Positions 19,952 through 28,237 of a stretch of 64,000 bases of DNA are shown piece after piece. How positions within the stretch are numbered: position 1 is the first letter of the stretch; every line of letters starts with the position of its first letter. Both the position numbers and the translations under genes were made by a program. The DNA comes from Candidatus Latescibacterota bacterium (GTDB lineage: Bacteria > Krumholzibacteriota > Krumholzibacteriia > WVZY01), in the NCBI GenBank assembly GCA_963791045.1, contig CAWBQK010000007.1, positions 32,001-96,000 on the forward strand, written 5' to 3'. The notes under the pieces are model-generated. The model ran no database searches. It worked only from the letters and a program-made list of their open reading frames with translations, and was not told the DNA's origin.

Positions 19952-21637
19952 ATGAGCAAGAAGAAAAGTACGGAAAAGAAAGTTTTCCGGGGCGTCGAAG
20001 AGATGCCGCTGTCGTCGGTTTCCGACAGTGATATGAGTTGGAACAAGACAGGGAGCTGGCGGAACGTCAAACCGTTCTATGATGAAAAGAAATCTCCATG
20101 TATCGCGGGATGTCCTGCGGGGACGAACATCCAGGGTTATATTGCGCTGATGCAGGAGAAAAAATACGAGGACGCGGTGCGGATGTTGTGGGAAAAGAAT
20201 CCGATGCCGTCGATCTGCGGCCGCGTGTGTTACCACCCGTGTACCGTGGAATGCGCAAGGGGCGGGATCGAAGAGCCGATAAATATTCCCGCTATTGAAC
20301 GCTTTCTCGGTGATTGGGCGATAGAGAACGGCGTCGTTGAGACCGCCGGCAGCGAAGCCCCGAAAGACGCGACGATAGGCGTCATCGGCGGTGGTCCCGG
20401 CGGATTGAGCTTCGCCTACTTCATGGCGAAGAAAGGGTACCCGGTGACGCTCTACGAGGCCAAAGATGAGCTCGGAGGTGTTCTTCGCTACGGTATCCCC
20501 GAGTATCGTCTGCCCAGGGACGTGCTCGACAGCGAGATCGGCCGCATCGTCAAACTCGGTGTGACTGTCAAGACCGGACAGGACGTCGGACAGGACGTTC
20601 CCATTGAAGCGATCAGCGGTTTTACGGCGAGTTTCCTTGGGATGGGTTTGCAAAAGAGCCGCCGTCTTGGTCTTGAGGGTGAGGAGATGGAGGGTGTGAT
20701 GGCCGGCTTGTCCTTTTTGAAGAGCGTCAATTCGGGCAATCCGATTGATGTCGGCAAAAAGGTTCTCGTTATCGGCGGTGGCAATACGGCGATGGACGTC
20801 GCCAGATGCGCAATACGCATGGGCGCCGAAGTGGAAGTCGTTTACAGACGCACGCGGAACGAGATGCCCGCCATCGAGGATGAAATCGAAGAAGCGGTTG
20901 CTGAAGGCGCCAAACTCACTTTCCTTGCCGCGCCCGTTGAAATTCTTGCCGACGGCGGTAAATTCAAGGGGATGAAGGTTCAGAAGATGGAGTTGGGTGA
21001 ACCCGATGACAGCGGTCGCAGGCGGCCGGTGCCCGTTGAAGGGTCCGAGTACGAAATTACGGGTGACGCGCTTCTGGTCGCGGCGGGCGAGCAGTCCAAT
21101 GTCGAAGCGTTCGAAAAACTGGTAAAAACGGATTACGGGTTTGTCGTGACGGACGATGCCGGCCAGACCAGTGACGATCGTATCTTCGCCGGCGGCGACG
21201 TGGTCACCGGCGCGGCGACGGTCGTTGAAGCGATCGCGCGCGGAAGAAAAGCGGCCAAGTATGTCCACGCAAAGTTGACCGGTGTCCTCGTCGAAGACGA
21301 TGACCGGAGGGTCATCACGATGTCGGACATCAACGATGCGTATTTTACTCCGACAAAACAGGTAGCGACCGCCCACGTTCCTCTTGAAAAAATGACAAAC
21401 CGGTTCTCCGAGGTCAAACAGGGCCTCGGCGAGGGTGAGATTCAACAGGAACTGGATCGTTGTATGAGCTGTGGTGTGTGCAACGGGTGCGACATCTGCT
21501 GGATGTTCTGCCCCGACGCCGCGATCACGAGAGAAAACGGCGTCTACACGATCAATTACGATTATTGCAAGGGCTGTTTGATCTGCCAGCAAGAGTGTCC
21601 GAGGGGAGTTATTTCGTCTGAAAGGGAAGATACTTAA
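19952..21637 (+). CDS. PFOR delta subunit fused with a GltD/NfnB-like FAD/NAD(P)H oxidoreductase
   Basis: N-terminal KTGSWRNVKP (delta-like); CIAGCP/CGRVCYHPC Fe-S motifs; GGGPGG, GGGNTAMD, YRR; C-terminal CNGCDICWMFCPD and YCKGCLICQQECP. Confidence 0.88.
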   Translation: MSKKKSTEKKVFRGVEEMPLSSVSDSDMSWNKTGSWRNVKPFYDEKKSPCIAGCPAGTNIQGYIALMQEKKYEDAVRMLWEKNPMPSICGRVCYHPCTVECARGGIEEPINIPAIERFLGDWAIENGVVETAGSEAPKDATIGVIGGGPGGLSFAYFMAKKGYPVTLYEAKDELGGVLRYGIPEYRLPRDVLDSEIGRIVKLGVTVKTGQDVGQDVPIEAISGFTASFLGMGLQKSRRLGLEGEEMEGVMAGLSFLKSVNSGNPIDVGKKVLVIGGGNTAMDVARCAIRMGAEVEVVYRRTRNEMPAIEDEIEEAVAEGAKLTFLAAPVEILADGGKFKGMKVQKMELGEPDDSGRRRPVPVEGSEYEITGDALLVAAGEQSNVEAFEKLVKTDYGFVVTDDAGQTSDDRIFAGGDVVTGAATVVEAIARGRKAAKYVHAKLTGVLVEDDDRRVITMSDINDAYFTPTKQVATAHVPLEKMTNRFSEVKQGLGEGEIQQELDRCMSCGVCNGCDICWMFCPDAAITRENGVYTINYDYCKGCLICQQECPRGVISSEREDT

Positions 21638-22810
21638 ATGAAAATCGTCATCGAAGGCAATCATGCGGTGTCCTACGCTGTCAAGGCTGCGGATGTCGAT
21701 GTTATAGCCGCATACCCGATCACTCCGCAAACACAGATCGTCGAGAAGCTCTCGGAAATGTGCGCCAGTGGAGAACTCGATGCGAAGTTTATCAAGGTGG
21801 AATCAGAACACTCGGCCATGGCGGCCGCGATAGGCGCGAGCGCTGCTGGCGTCAGATCGTTTACAGCAACGTCGTCCCAGGGTCTTCTCCTTATGCACGA
21901 GATGCTTCATTGGGCGGTAGGGGCTCGTCTCCCAGTTGTGCTTGCCAACGTCAACCGCGCGGTTGGACCTCCGTGGAACGTGTGGACGGACCAGAACGAT
22001 TCGCTCTCTCAGCGCGATGTGGGGATGATCCAGCTCTACTGCGAGAGCAACCAGGAAGTGTTCGACACGACCCTCCAGATGTTCTGGGTGAGCGAGAAGA
22101 TCATGCTTCCGTCGATGCTGAATCTCGACGCGTTCTGCCTGTCGCACACATCCGAGATTGTGGACGTCATGGAGTCCGACGAGGCAATCAAGTTTTTGCC
22201 GCGGTACGAGCCAAAACAGTTTTTGGATACGGAAAATCCGCTATCTTTTGGAAACCTAACCGCTCCTGATTTCTATTATGAGCTCCGCTGGCAGATTGAC
22301 CGCGATCTTCGCGCCAGTCTCGACCTGATCAAGCAGGCAGACGAGGAGTTCTACAAACTCTTCGGACGGCGGCATGGAGTAATCGAGGAGTACAGGACCG
22401 AAGGCGCGGATATGCTCCTCTTCACCTCGGGAACGATAACGAGTACGTCACGCGTCGTTGTCGACGAGTGGCGCGAAAAGGGAAAAAAGGTCGGTCTGGT
22501 TAAGATGCGACTCTTCAGACCGTTTCCGACCGAAGAGATTCGAAGGGTTTGCAGCGGCGCCAAGAAGGTCGTCGTGATTGACCGCAACATTGGTTTCAGT
22601 ATCGGTGGCATCTGGGCGCAGGAAATCAAAGCGGCGCTCTGGAATGCAAAGATCCACAAGCCGGTTTTTGATTTCATTGCGGGAATTGGCGGCAGGGATG
22701 TAACACCGGAAACCATTCATGAAATCCTGGAACAGGCCGAACAACTCGATGAGCCGGATCGGGACAACTACTGGATAGGGGTGAAACATGAGCCAGTGCA
22801 TACTGCCTGA
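21638..22810 (+). CDS. porA: Pyruvate/2-oxoacid:ferredoxin oxidoreductase alpha subunit
   Basis: AYPITPQT, ESEHSAM, ATSSQGL and FRPFP. Confidence 0.93.
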   Translation: MKIVIEGNHAVSYAVKAADVDVIAAYPITPQTQIVEKLSEMCASGELDAKFIKVESEHSAMAAAIGASAAGVRSFTATSSQGLLLMHEMLHWAVGARLPVVLANVNRAVGPPWNVWTDQNDSLSQRDVGMIQLYCESNQEVFDTTLQMFWVSEKIMLPSMLNLDAFCLSHTSEIVDVMESDEAIKFLPRYEPKQFLDTENPLSFGNLTAPDFYYELRWQIDRDLRASLDLIKQADEEFYKLFGRRHGVIEEYRTEGADMLLFTSGTITSTSRVVVDEWREKGKKVGLVKMRLFRPFPTEEIRRVCSGAKKVVVIDRNIGFSIGGIWAQEIKAALWNAKIHKPVFDFIAGIGGRDVTPETIHEILEQAEQLDEPDRDNYWIGVKHEPVHTA

Positions 22811-23687
22811 AGATGAGAGGATGAGTTCGGGACACCTTGGGTGTCAGGGGTGCGGCGCGACCAACGCCATGCGGTTCGCGCTGAAGGGGCTTGGCCCAAA
22901 GACCGCTATTGTTATGCCGGCATGTTGCTGGTCGGTGATCGATGGCCCGTTTCCACATTCTTCGATCGGTGTTCCAGTGTATCACACGGCATTTGAAACG
23001 GCGGCAAGCGCTGCCGCCGGAGTCAAAGCGGGTCTTGTGATGCGTGGTGATAGCGACACGGAAGTTGTAGCATGGGCCGGGGACGGCGGTACGTTTGACA
23101 TCGGTCTCCAGGCGCTCAGCGGCGCCGCCGAGCGGAACGATGATTTCATATACGCGTGCTATGACAACGAAGCGTACATGAACACGGGGATCCAACGTTC
23201 GGGCGCCACACCATATGGTGCGTGGACCACGACGACCCCGACGAAGTTCCCGAAGGAGAATCCCAAGAAAAACATGCTCGATATTCTGGTCGCGCACCAG
23301 ATCCCGTATGCCGCGACGGCGTCAATCGCATACCCGGAGGATCTGATCGCCAAGTTCCAGAAGGCGAGAACGATAAAGGGTACGCGGTTCATCCATATTT
23401 TCGCGCCGTGTCCGACCGGCTGGAAGACGCCCCCTGAAATGACGATCGAGCTGGCCCGTCTTGCCACTGAGACTCACATTTTTCCGCTGCTCGAGGTTTA
23501 TGACGGAAACAGGTACGAGGTATCAAGGCCGAATCGAATTAAAAAAGTTGAAGAGTACGTCAAACTTCAGGGGAGATTCCGGCATTTCAAAGACGAAGAT
23601 ACCGCCCGGATGCAAGATGATGTCGACAGAAGATGGGCGACTCTGCTTGCAAGGGAGAACGAAGGAGGACCGGAAAAAGCGCAGTGA
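22788..23687 (+). CDS. porB: Pyruvate/2-oxoacid:ferredoxin oxidoreductase beta subunit (TPP-binding)
   Basis: CQGCG, TPP motif GDGG...DNEAYMNTG, PCPTGW. Confidence 0.93.
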   Translation: MSQCILPEDERMSSGHLGCQGCGATNAMRFALKGLGPKTAIVMPACCWSVIDGPFPHSSIGVPVYHTAFETAASAAAGVKAGLVMRGDSDTEVVAWAGDGGTFDIGLQALSGAAERNDDFIYACYDNEAYMNTGIQRSGATPYGAWTTTTPTKFPKENPKKNMLDILVAHQIPYAATASIAYPEDLIAKFQKARTIKGTRFIHIFAPCPTGWKTPPEMTIELARLATETHIFPLLEVYDGNRYEVSRPNRIKKVEEYVKLQGRFRHFKDEDTARMQDDVDRRWATLLARENEGGPEKAQ

Positions 23688-23709
23688 CGTGATCGGGTAG
23701 GATTCCGGT

Positions 23710-24801
23710 TTAGCGTTTCGCGATGTGGTTGAAAAGGTCTTTCACGATCGCCATGTTTTGAAACCAATCAGCGCGGGCCTCTATGAGGTCCGCGTTTTTC
23801 TTTGCAGCGTCCGCGCGAAGCTGAGGGTCGCGCCACGCGTTGATGATGGCGCCGGCGACTGCCGTGGTGTCGTGGGGGGGGACGATGAAACCATTCGAGC
23901 CGTGCTCGATCCACTCGCGGTTTGCGGGAATGTCGCTGACGATCGGAAAGAGACCGCACGCCATTGCCTCGAGAAGCGACACCGATGTGGTGTCGGATAA
24001 TGCGATTGAAACAAAAACGGTGTGATCCCTCAATTGCGCGGGGACATTGTTGTGGTGCGTCTCGCCCGGGAAATCCATCGAATTCGCGAAGACGCCACCG
24101 CCGGCTCTTGCTTCCGCTTCGAGCGCTTGTCTTCGTGAACCCGAACCGGCGATCGTGAGATGGGCGTCGGGGATGGCGCCGGCCACTTCCGCGAACGCCC
24201 GGATAAGGGTGTCAATATTGTACACCGGTTCCAGTTTCCGGTTGCTGAGCACGCGAAGCCTGTCTGTCGCGGTGTTTTCGGTCGCGGGAAAAAACTTGGT
24301 TCTGTCGACGCCAAACGGGAACGTGATTACCCGGTCGGGGTGGGCGCCGAGTTCGATGATGCGTTGACTCATTACTTCCGCGTCGGATGTGATGTACGAT
24401 GCGCGACGGATTACATGCCGGGTCCGTTCCAGGTGAAAGACACTCTTGTCGGGGAGCATCATGATATCGCTGCCCCAGGCGCTCAGCACCCACGGCGCGA
24501 ATCCGCACATGGCCGCGATCACGCCGTAGTTAGGGACGAAGTGGGCGTTTACAATGTGAGGGTCGAACCTTCGGATGATCGATAAAACAGCTGGGACGGC
24601 GAGGGGGTATCGGATGAGATCGGGAAGAAGGCGGGGTACCCGGATTCTCTGGCACGCTTCCGCTACGCCATCGACGGATTCGAGGCTGACGGTGATCGGC
24701 TCGAACCCGTTTGCCGCCAGGAATCCGCTCCAGCGGTGGATGTGAACCTGTCGGGCGTCGCCGAGAATGAGGACTCGTATTTTGGTTTCCGTATCGTTCA
24801 T
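23710..24801 (-). CDS. GT4 family glycosyltransferase
   Basis: AWGSDI, NRKLEPVYN and SLLEAMACG motifs of GT-B/GT4. Confidence 0.88.
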   Translation of the reverse strand: MNDTETKIRVLILGDARQVHIHRWSGFLAANGFEPITVSLESVDGVAEACQRIRVPRLLPDLIRYPLAVPAVLSIIRRFDPHIVNAHFVPNYGVIAAMCGFAPWVLSAWGSDIMMLPDKSVFHLERTRHVIRRASYITSDAEVMSQRIIELGAHPDRVITFPFGVDRTKFFPATENTATDRLRVLSNRKLEPVYNIDTLIRAFAEVAGAIPDAHLTIAGSGSRRQALEAEARAGGGVFANSMDFPGETHHNNVPAQLRDHTVFVSIALSDTTSVSLLEAMACGLFPIVSDIPANREWIEHGSNGFIVPPHDTTAVAGAIINAWRDPQLRADAAKKNADLIEARADWFQNMAIVKDLFNHIAKR

Positions 24802-24811
24802 ACCGGGGATG

Positions 24812-24840
24812 AGTTTAGGTGTTTAAAATCCTCGTGTCAA
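24812..24840 (-). promoter_or_regulatory. Sigma70-type promoter for the GT4 gene
   Basis: TTGACA-17 bp-TAAACT on the minus strand, ending 10 nt before the ATG. Confidence 0.55.
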
Positions 24841-24880
24841 AGAAAGGTTCGGTAATGAGTTAGCCTCAGAAAAGCGGCGG

Positions 24881-24909
24881 TTGACACTCCCTTAGGGTCG
24901 GGTTAATGT
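24881..24909 (+). promoter_or_regulatory. Sigma70-type promoter for the lipoprotein-tadA genes
   Basis: TTGACA-17 bp-TAATGT. Confidence 0.55.
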
Positions 24910-24939
24910 TAGGGGTCGCCAATGAAAGGATGGAATCTG

Positions 24940-25626
24940 ATGCGTAGATTTTTGCCGTGGGTGATCGCCGTCGGCTTGTTGGTAGGATGCGGTAAAACCC
25001 ATCCGATGAAAGTTGTGGTGGATCCGTCGTTTGAAAGCGGTGACCTGAGCAAAATCGCCGTACTTCCGTTTTCCAGCGCGCTTCATCACACCGCGGATCC
25101 CGATGGGGTGGCGCCGCGCACTTTTGACCAGTTGTTCCGCGCGGAGCTTGACAAGCGCGAAGATTATCAGTGGATTTCTCCCACGTCGGTCGAGTACGCC
25201 ATCAAGCGCGAGGAACTCGAGGATGACTACGTGGCGTTCGTTGATACCTGGCGCAAAAAACATCAGGTCGACAAGGCATTTCTTTCCAGGCTTGGAGGAG
25301 CCCTCCAGGTTGACGGCGTATTGATCGGTGTCGTCGAATTATGGCAGCAGGACGAGGTGGATGTGAGGGAAACAGCGACACCAACGACTTATGTTGGCGC
25401 GACGGTGACGATATTCGATGTTAAGGACGGCAAGGTTCTCTTTGAGGCGTCGGACGAGGATTTCCTCGAGGGGGCGAGAAGCGAGAATCGTGATCAGTCG
25501 ATCGTACGAAGCGGTTCCGGAAAGATATACAAAGATGCCGGCGGATCGGCCTACCAAGCTCCGGCGCCGGATGAAGTCGCCATAAAGGTCGTTTCCGCTC
25601 TCGTGTCGAGTATTCCTGCGAGATAG
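24940..25626 (+). CDS. Hypothetical lipoprotein, possibly TolB-N/CsgG/LpoB-like fold (alternative start 24922)
   Basis: LVGC lipobox; KIAVLPF...LGGALQVDGVLIGVV...DVKDGKVLF pattern. Confidence 0.6.
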   Translation: MRRFLPWVIAVGLLVGCGKTHPMKVVVDPSFESGDLSKIAVLPFSSALHHTADPDGVAPRTFDQLFRAELDKREDYQWISPTSVEYAIKREELEDDYVAFVDTWRKKHQVDKAFLSRLGGALQVDGVLIGVVELWQQDEVDVRETATPTTYVGATVTIFDVKDGKVLFEASDEDFLEGARSENRDQSIVRSGSGKIYKDAGGSAYQAPAPDEVAIKVVSALVSSIPAR

Positions 25627-25668
25627 CGGGCGGACGGCGGACCCAAAACAGAACGCGGCATTCGCAGT

Positions 25669-26142
25669 ATGAAAAACGAAAGCTTCTGGATGCGGTGCGC
25701 CCTGGACGAAGCCGAGAAGGCGCTTGCCGCCGGAGAAGTTCCCGTCGGCGCCGTGGTTGTGTGTAAGGGTGAGGTTGTCGGGAGAGGCCACAATCGGACC
25801 GAGAAGACGGGATTTCCCTTCGAACACGCCGAAGTCGTCGCGATGTGGGACGCGGTGAGAAAACATGACCGCTGGGTGTTGAACGAAAGTGCGGTGTATG
25901 TGACGGTCGAACCCTGCGTGATGTGTGTCGGGGCGATGCTTCTCGCGCGTGTCCCAAAGGTTTTTTTTGGCGCGCGCGAACCCAAGACCGGGGCGTGCGA
26001 AAGCGTATTGTCGATTCCAAACGAACCCGGGCTCGAACACAAAATTGCCGTTATTGGTGGGATCGAAGCCGATCGCTGCGCCGAGTTGATGAAAGCGTTT
26101 TTTCGCGGGAGGCGAGACGAAAACAACGAAATGAGAAAATAA
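25669..26142 (+). CDS. tadA: tRNA adenosine(34) deaminase
   Basis: GEVPVGAV, HAE, EPCVMC; located upstream of the tRNA/SRP/dnaX cluster. Confidence 0.92.
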   Translation: MKNESFWMRCALDEAEKALAAGEVPVGAVVVCKGEVVGRGHNRTEKTGFPFEHAEVVAMWDAVRKHDRWVLNESAVYVTVEPCVMCVGAMLLARVPKVFFGAREPKTGACESVLSIPNEPGLEHKIAVIGGIEADRCAELMKAFFRGRRDENNEMRK

Positions 26143-26208
26143 GACCTCCCCCGCGCGTGGGCTTTTTGGGAAGGACGCGTGGCTCGGGGTATTTCCGGAA
26201 TTTCCGGC

Positions 26209-26299
26209 GGAGAGATGCGAGAGCTGGCTTAATCGGCACGATTGGAAATCGTGTGAGCGCGTAAGCGTTCCGAGGGTTCGAATCCCTCTCTCTCCGCCA
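26209..26299 (+). tRNA. tRNA-Ser(GGA)
   Basis: Acceptor stem GGAGAGA/TCTCTCC; anticodon arm cacga-tt-GGA-aa-tcgtg; long variable arm; TTCGAATC; encoded CCA. Confidence 0.96.
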
Positions 26300-26330
26300 T
26301 TTTTTTATGCCCTCCTGCGAGAAGGCGCGC

Positions 26331-26498
26331 GGGTCCTGTCGCCAATTACCCATAGCGAAGCGGAGTGCGGGGTGTCATGTTCAGATGCTTCGGCCATCTC
26401 CATGGTAAGCCCGCGCGTGGCTTACGCCTGAAGAGAGTGAGGTAACGGTGCATGTCACCCCGCACTTCTCACTATCGTTCCGCGCGCGACGGGGGCCC
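26331..26498 (+). ncRNA. Unassigned structured RNA candidate
   Basis: 18-bp stem 26362-26379/26451-26468, an outer stem, a cUUCGg hairpin and a gtaagcc/ggcttac hairpin; no credible ORF. Confidence 0.35.
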
Positions 26499-26790
26499 CA
26501 TTGACGCCACCCGCGCGAAGCAACTGCGTGGAGTTTGACGCATACCAATGCGGTCTTTCCTTGAAATAACCTCTCGTTTGTGGTAAAATAACCCATCATT
26601 GTCTGAGAACACATTTTCTCGGGCAGATGCTGGCGATTCCATAACTATATGTTTCACTTGGTGTTAGAGCGCACGGGATAGAGGAGTGAAACGTTGGGCT
26701 CCGTCTTTTTCACAAGTCGGGGCCCTTCGTGTGTCTTGTTTGCCAGTACCGAGGTGGACAGGCGGTCCGGCCTGTCGGTATGCCATATTA

Positions 26791-26820
26791 TTGACTTTGG
26801 CAATGTTTGTATGGTAAAAT
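26791..26820 (+). promoter_or_regulatory. Sigma70-type promoter with extended -10
   Basis: TTGACT-18 bp-TAAAAT with TGn extension. Confidence 0.55.
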
Positions 26821-26895
26821 TGAGCTATAGGAAAATATACGGACTTATCGGGGGAGCTGCGGTTTCGCTTTCTTAACACAACACCAGGAGCACAT

Positions 26896-27552
26896 GTGGG
26901 AAACCAGTTGAAAAATATCACTATAATACTTGTTCTCGGGGTTTTTGCGGCGGCACCGGTTGTTGCGGCGATAGTCACGAGCCACTTGGCGTCCGACGCC
27001 GAAATGCTCGGGGCGGCCGAGAATTTCGCCTTTGTGGCCGAAGGCCGAATCGGTGACCTCGGAGGCGCCGCCACATTCGAGCTGGACCTCGGTGACGATA
27101 CGGGCAATCCGTACACCGTGGAGCAATACGCCTGGCAAAGCGGCGTCGAGGAACCGTTTGTCCTGACATATGTGAAGGCGACCAACGTGGTGTCCTACAC
27201 CCTGGGCGGCAAAACGCTCACGTACTCCCCGGGGCTTTCGTTCCAGGAGATTTTTGTCAGAGCGAGAGCGGTCAATGATGGCACCAGTGTTGAAGTCTAT
27301 GACCTCATTCTCAACGGCGAAGCGGTCGGAGACGCATCGAGCGCCTTCGGGCCTGACGGGCTCGATATTCTGGCGATAAGTGGTGTTGAGCTTTACGACG
27401 GATTCACGCTGACGGGGACCGCACGCTTGACCTGGACGGGGAGCCCGCCGACCCAGTCCCGCCTTGCTTTTCAGATAAAGGTTGGAAGCGCCCCCACGGT
27501 TCCGGTTGAGGACTCGAGTTGGGGTAAGGTCAAGTCTCTCTACGCGGACTGA
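26896..27552 (+). CDS. Secreted beta-rich protein resembling choice-of-anchor W domains, with a C-terminal SWGKVKSLY tail
   Basis: Signal peptide; FVAEGRIGD...FELDL and QSRLAFQIK motifs (family match from memory); tail TVPVEDSSWGKVKSLYAD. Confidence 0.65.
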   Translation: MGNQLKNITIILVLGVFAAAPVVAAIVTSHLASDAEMLGAAENFAFVAEGRIGDLGGAATFELDLGDDTGNPYTVEQYAWQSGVEEPFVLTYVKATNVVSYTLGGKTLTYSPGLSFQEIFVRARAVNDGTSVEVYDLILNGEAVGDASSAFGPDGLDILAISGVELYDGFTLTGTARLTWTGSPPTQSRLAFQIKVGSAPTVPVEDSSWGKVKSLYAD

Positions 27553-27582
27553 CCCGCGGCTCAAAAACCGTTCCTCTGTTTG

Positions 27583-27623
27583 CCCTCTGCCGGCCCATTG
27601 CAGGCCGGCGGAGGGTTTTATTT
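27583..27623 (+). terminator. Rho-independent terminator
   Basis: Hairpin ccctctgccggcc / ggccggcggaggg followed by ttttattt. Confidence 0.8.
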
Positions 27624-27720
27624 GGGCCCCCAATCCACGCCCCGTGCAAAACACTGCAAGCAAACGCATATATTTAGACTAACGACTTGCCTGCGGCCTC
27701 TCTTGGGTTAATATGCCCGT

Positions 27721-27810
27721 GGAGAGATGCCAGAGTGGTTGAATGGGGCGGTCTCGAAAACCGTTGAGTGCGCAAGCGCTCCGGGGGTTCGAATCCCCCT
27801 CTCTCCGCCA
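27721..27810 (+). tRNA. tRNA-Ser(CGA)
   Basis: Anticodon arm gcggt-ct-CGA-aa-accgt; long variable arm; TTCGAATC; CCA end. Confidence 0.96.
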
Positions 27811-27843
27811 TTTTTTTTATCGCGAACGTAACAGATTATCGGT

Positions 27844-27919
27844 GGGGATGTAGCTCAGTTGGGAGAGCGCCTCGTTCGCAACGAGGGGGTCGGCGGTTCG
27901 AGTCCGCTCATCTCCACCA
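27844..27919 (+). tRNA. tRNA-Ala(CGC)
   Basis: 76 nt; G3:U70 identity pair; anticodon arm cctcg-tt-CGC-aa-cgagg; CCA end. Confidence 0.96.
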
Positions 27920-27942
27920 TTTTCGTTCATGACTATAATGAG

Positions 27943-28210
27943 ATCGTGCTAGACGGGGAGTTAGCGGTGCCCTGTACCCGCAATCCGCTATAGCGGGGTT
28001 GAATCCCTGCCCGCGGGCGTCCGGTGTCGTGATCTTCTTTTGCGGAAGTGGCGTTGATGGTCAGGTCCCATGCAATGGCCACCCATGAACCCCGTCAGGA
28101 CCGGAAGGTAGCAGCGGTAAGTGGTTACCGGTCATGTGATATGGGGTTGCCTGATTGGAGTTAACCCGCAGAGGAAGAGCGGTGTCGGCGTTCAGAGGCA
28201 GGTGCACGGT
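27943..28210 (+). ncRNA. ffs: Large (Alu-domain, Bacillus scr-like) signal recognition particle RNA
   Basis: Helix-8 core GTCAGGACCGGAAGGTAGCAGC; Alu-type 5' domain GGGGAGTTAGCGGTGCCCTGTACCCGCAATCCGC; ends pair (atcgtgc/gcacggt); TATAAT at 27934-27939; directly upstream of dnaX. Confidence 0.92.
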
Positions 28211-28237
28211 CTCCTGTTCACACTTTAGGAGAAAAGG

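Noticed and set aside
26381-26657. Small minus-strand ORFs in the gap after tRNA-Ser
   Set aside because: No RBS, no motifs and atypical composition; they overlap the structured element.
26209-27810. Genomic island bounded by tRNA-Ser direct repeats (shared ctctctccgccatttttt)
   Set aside because: Both copies are complete tRNAs with different anticodons, and there is no integrase or partial att copy.
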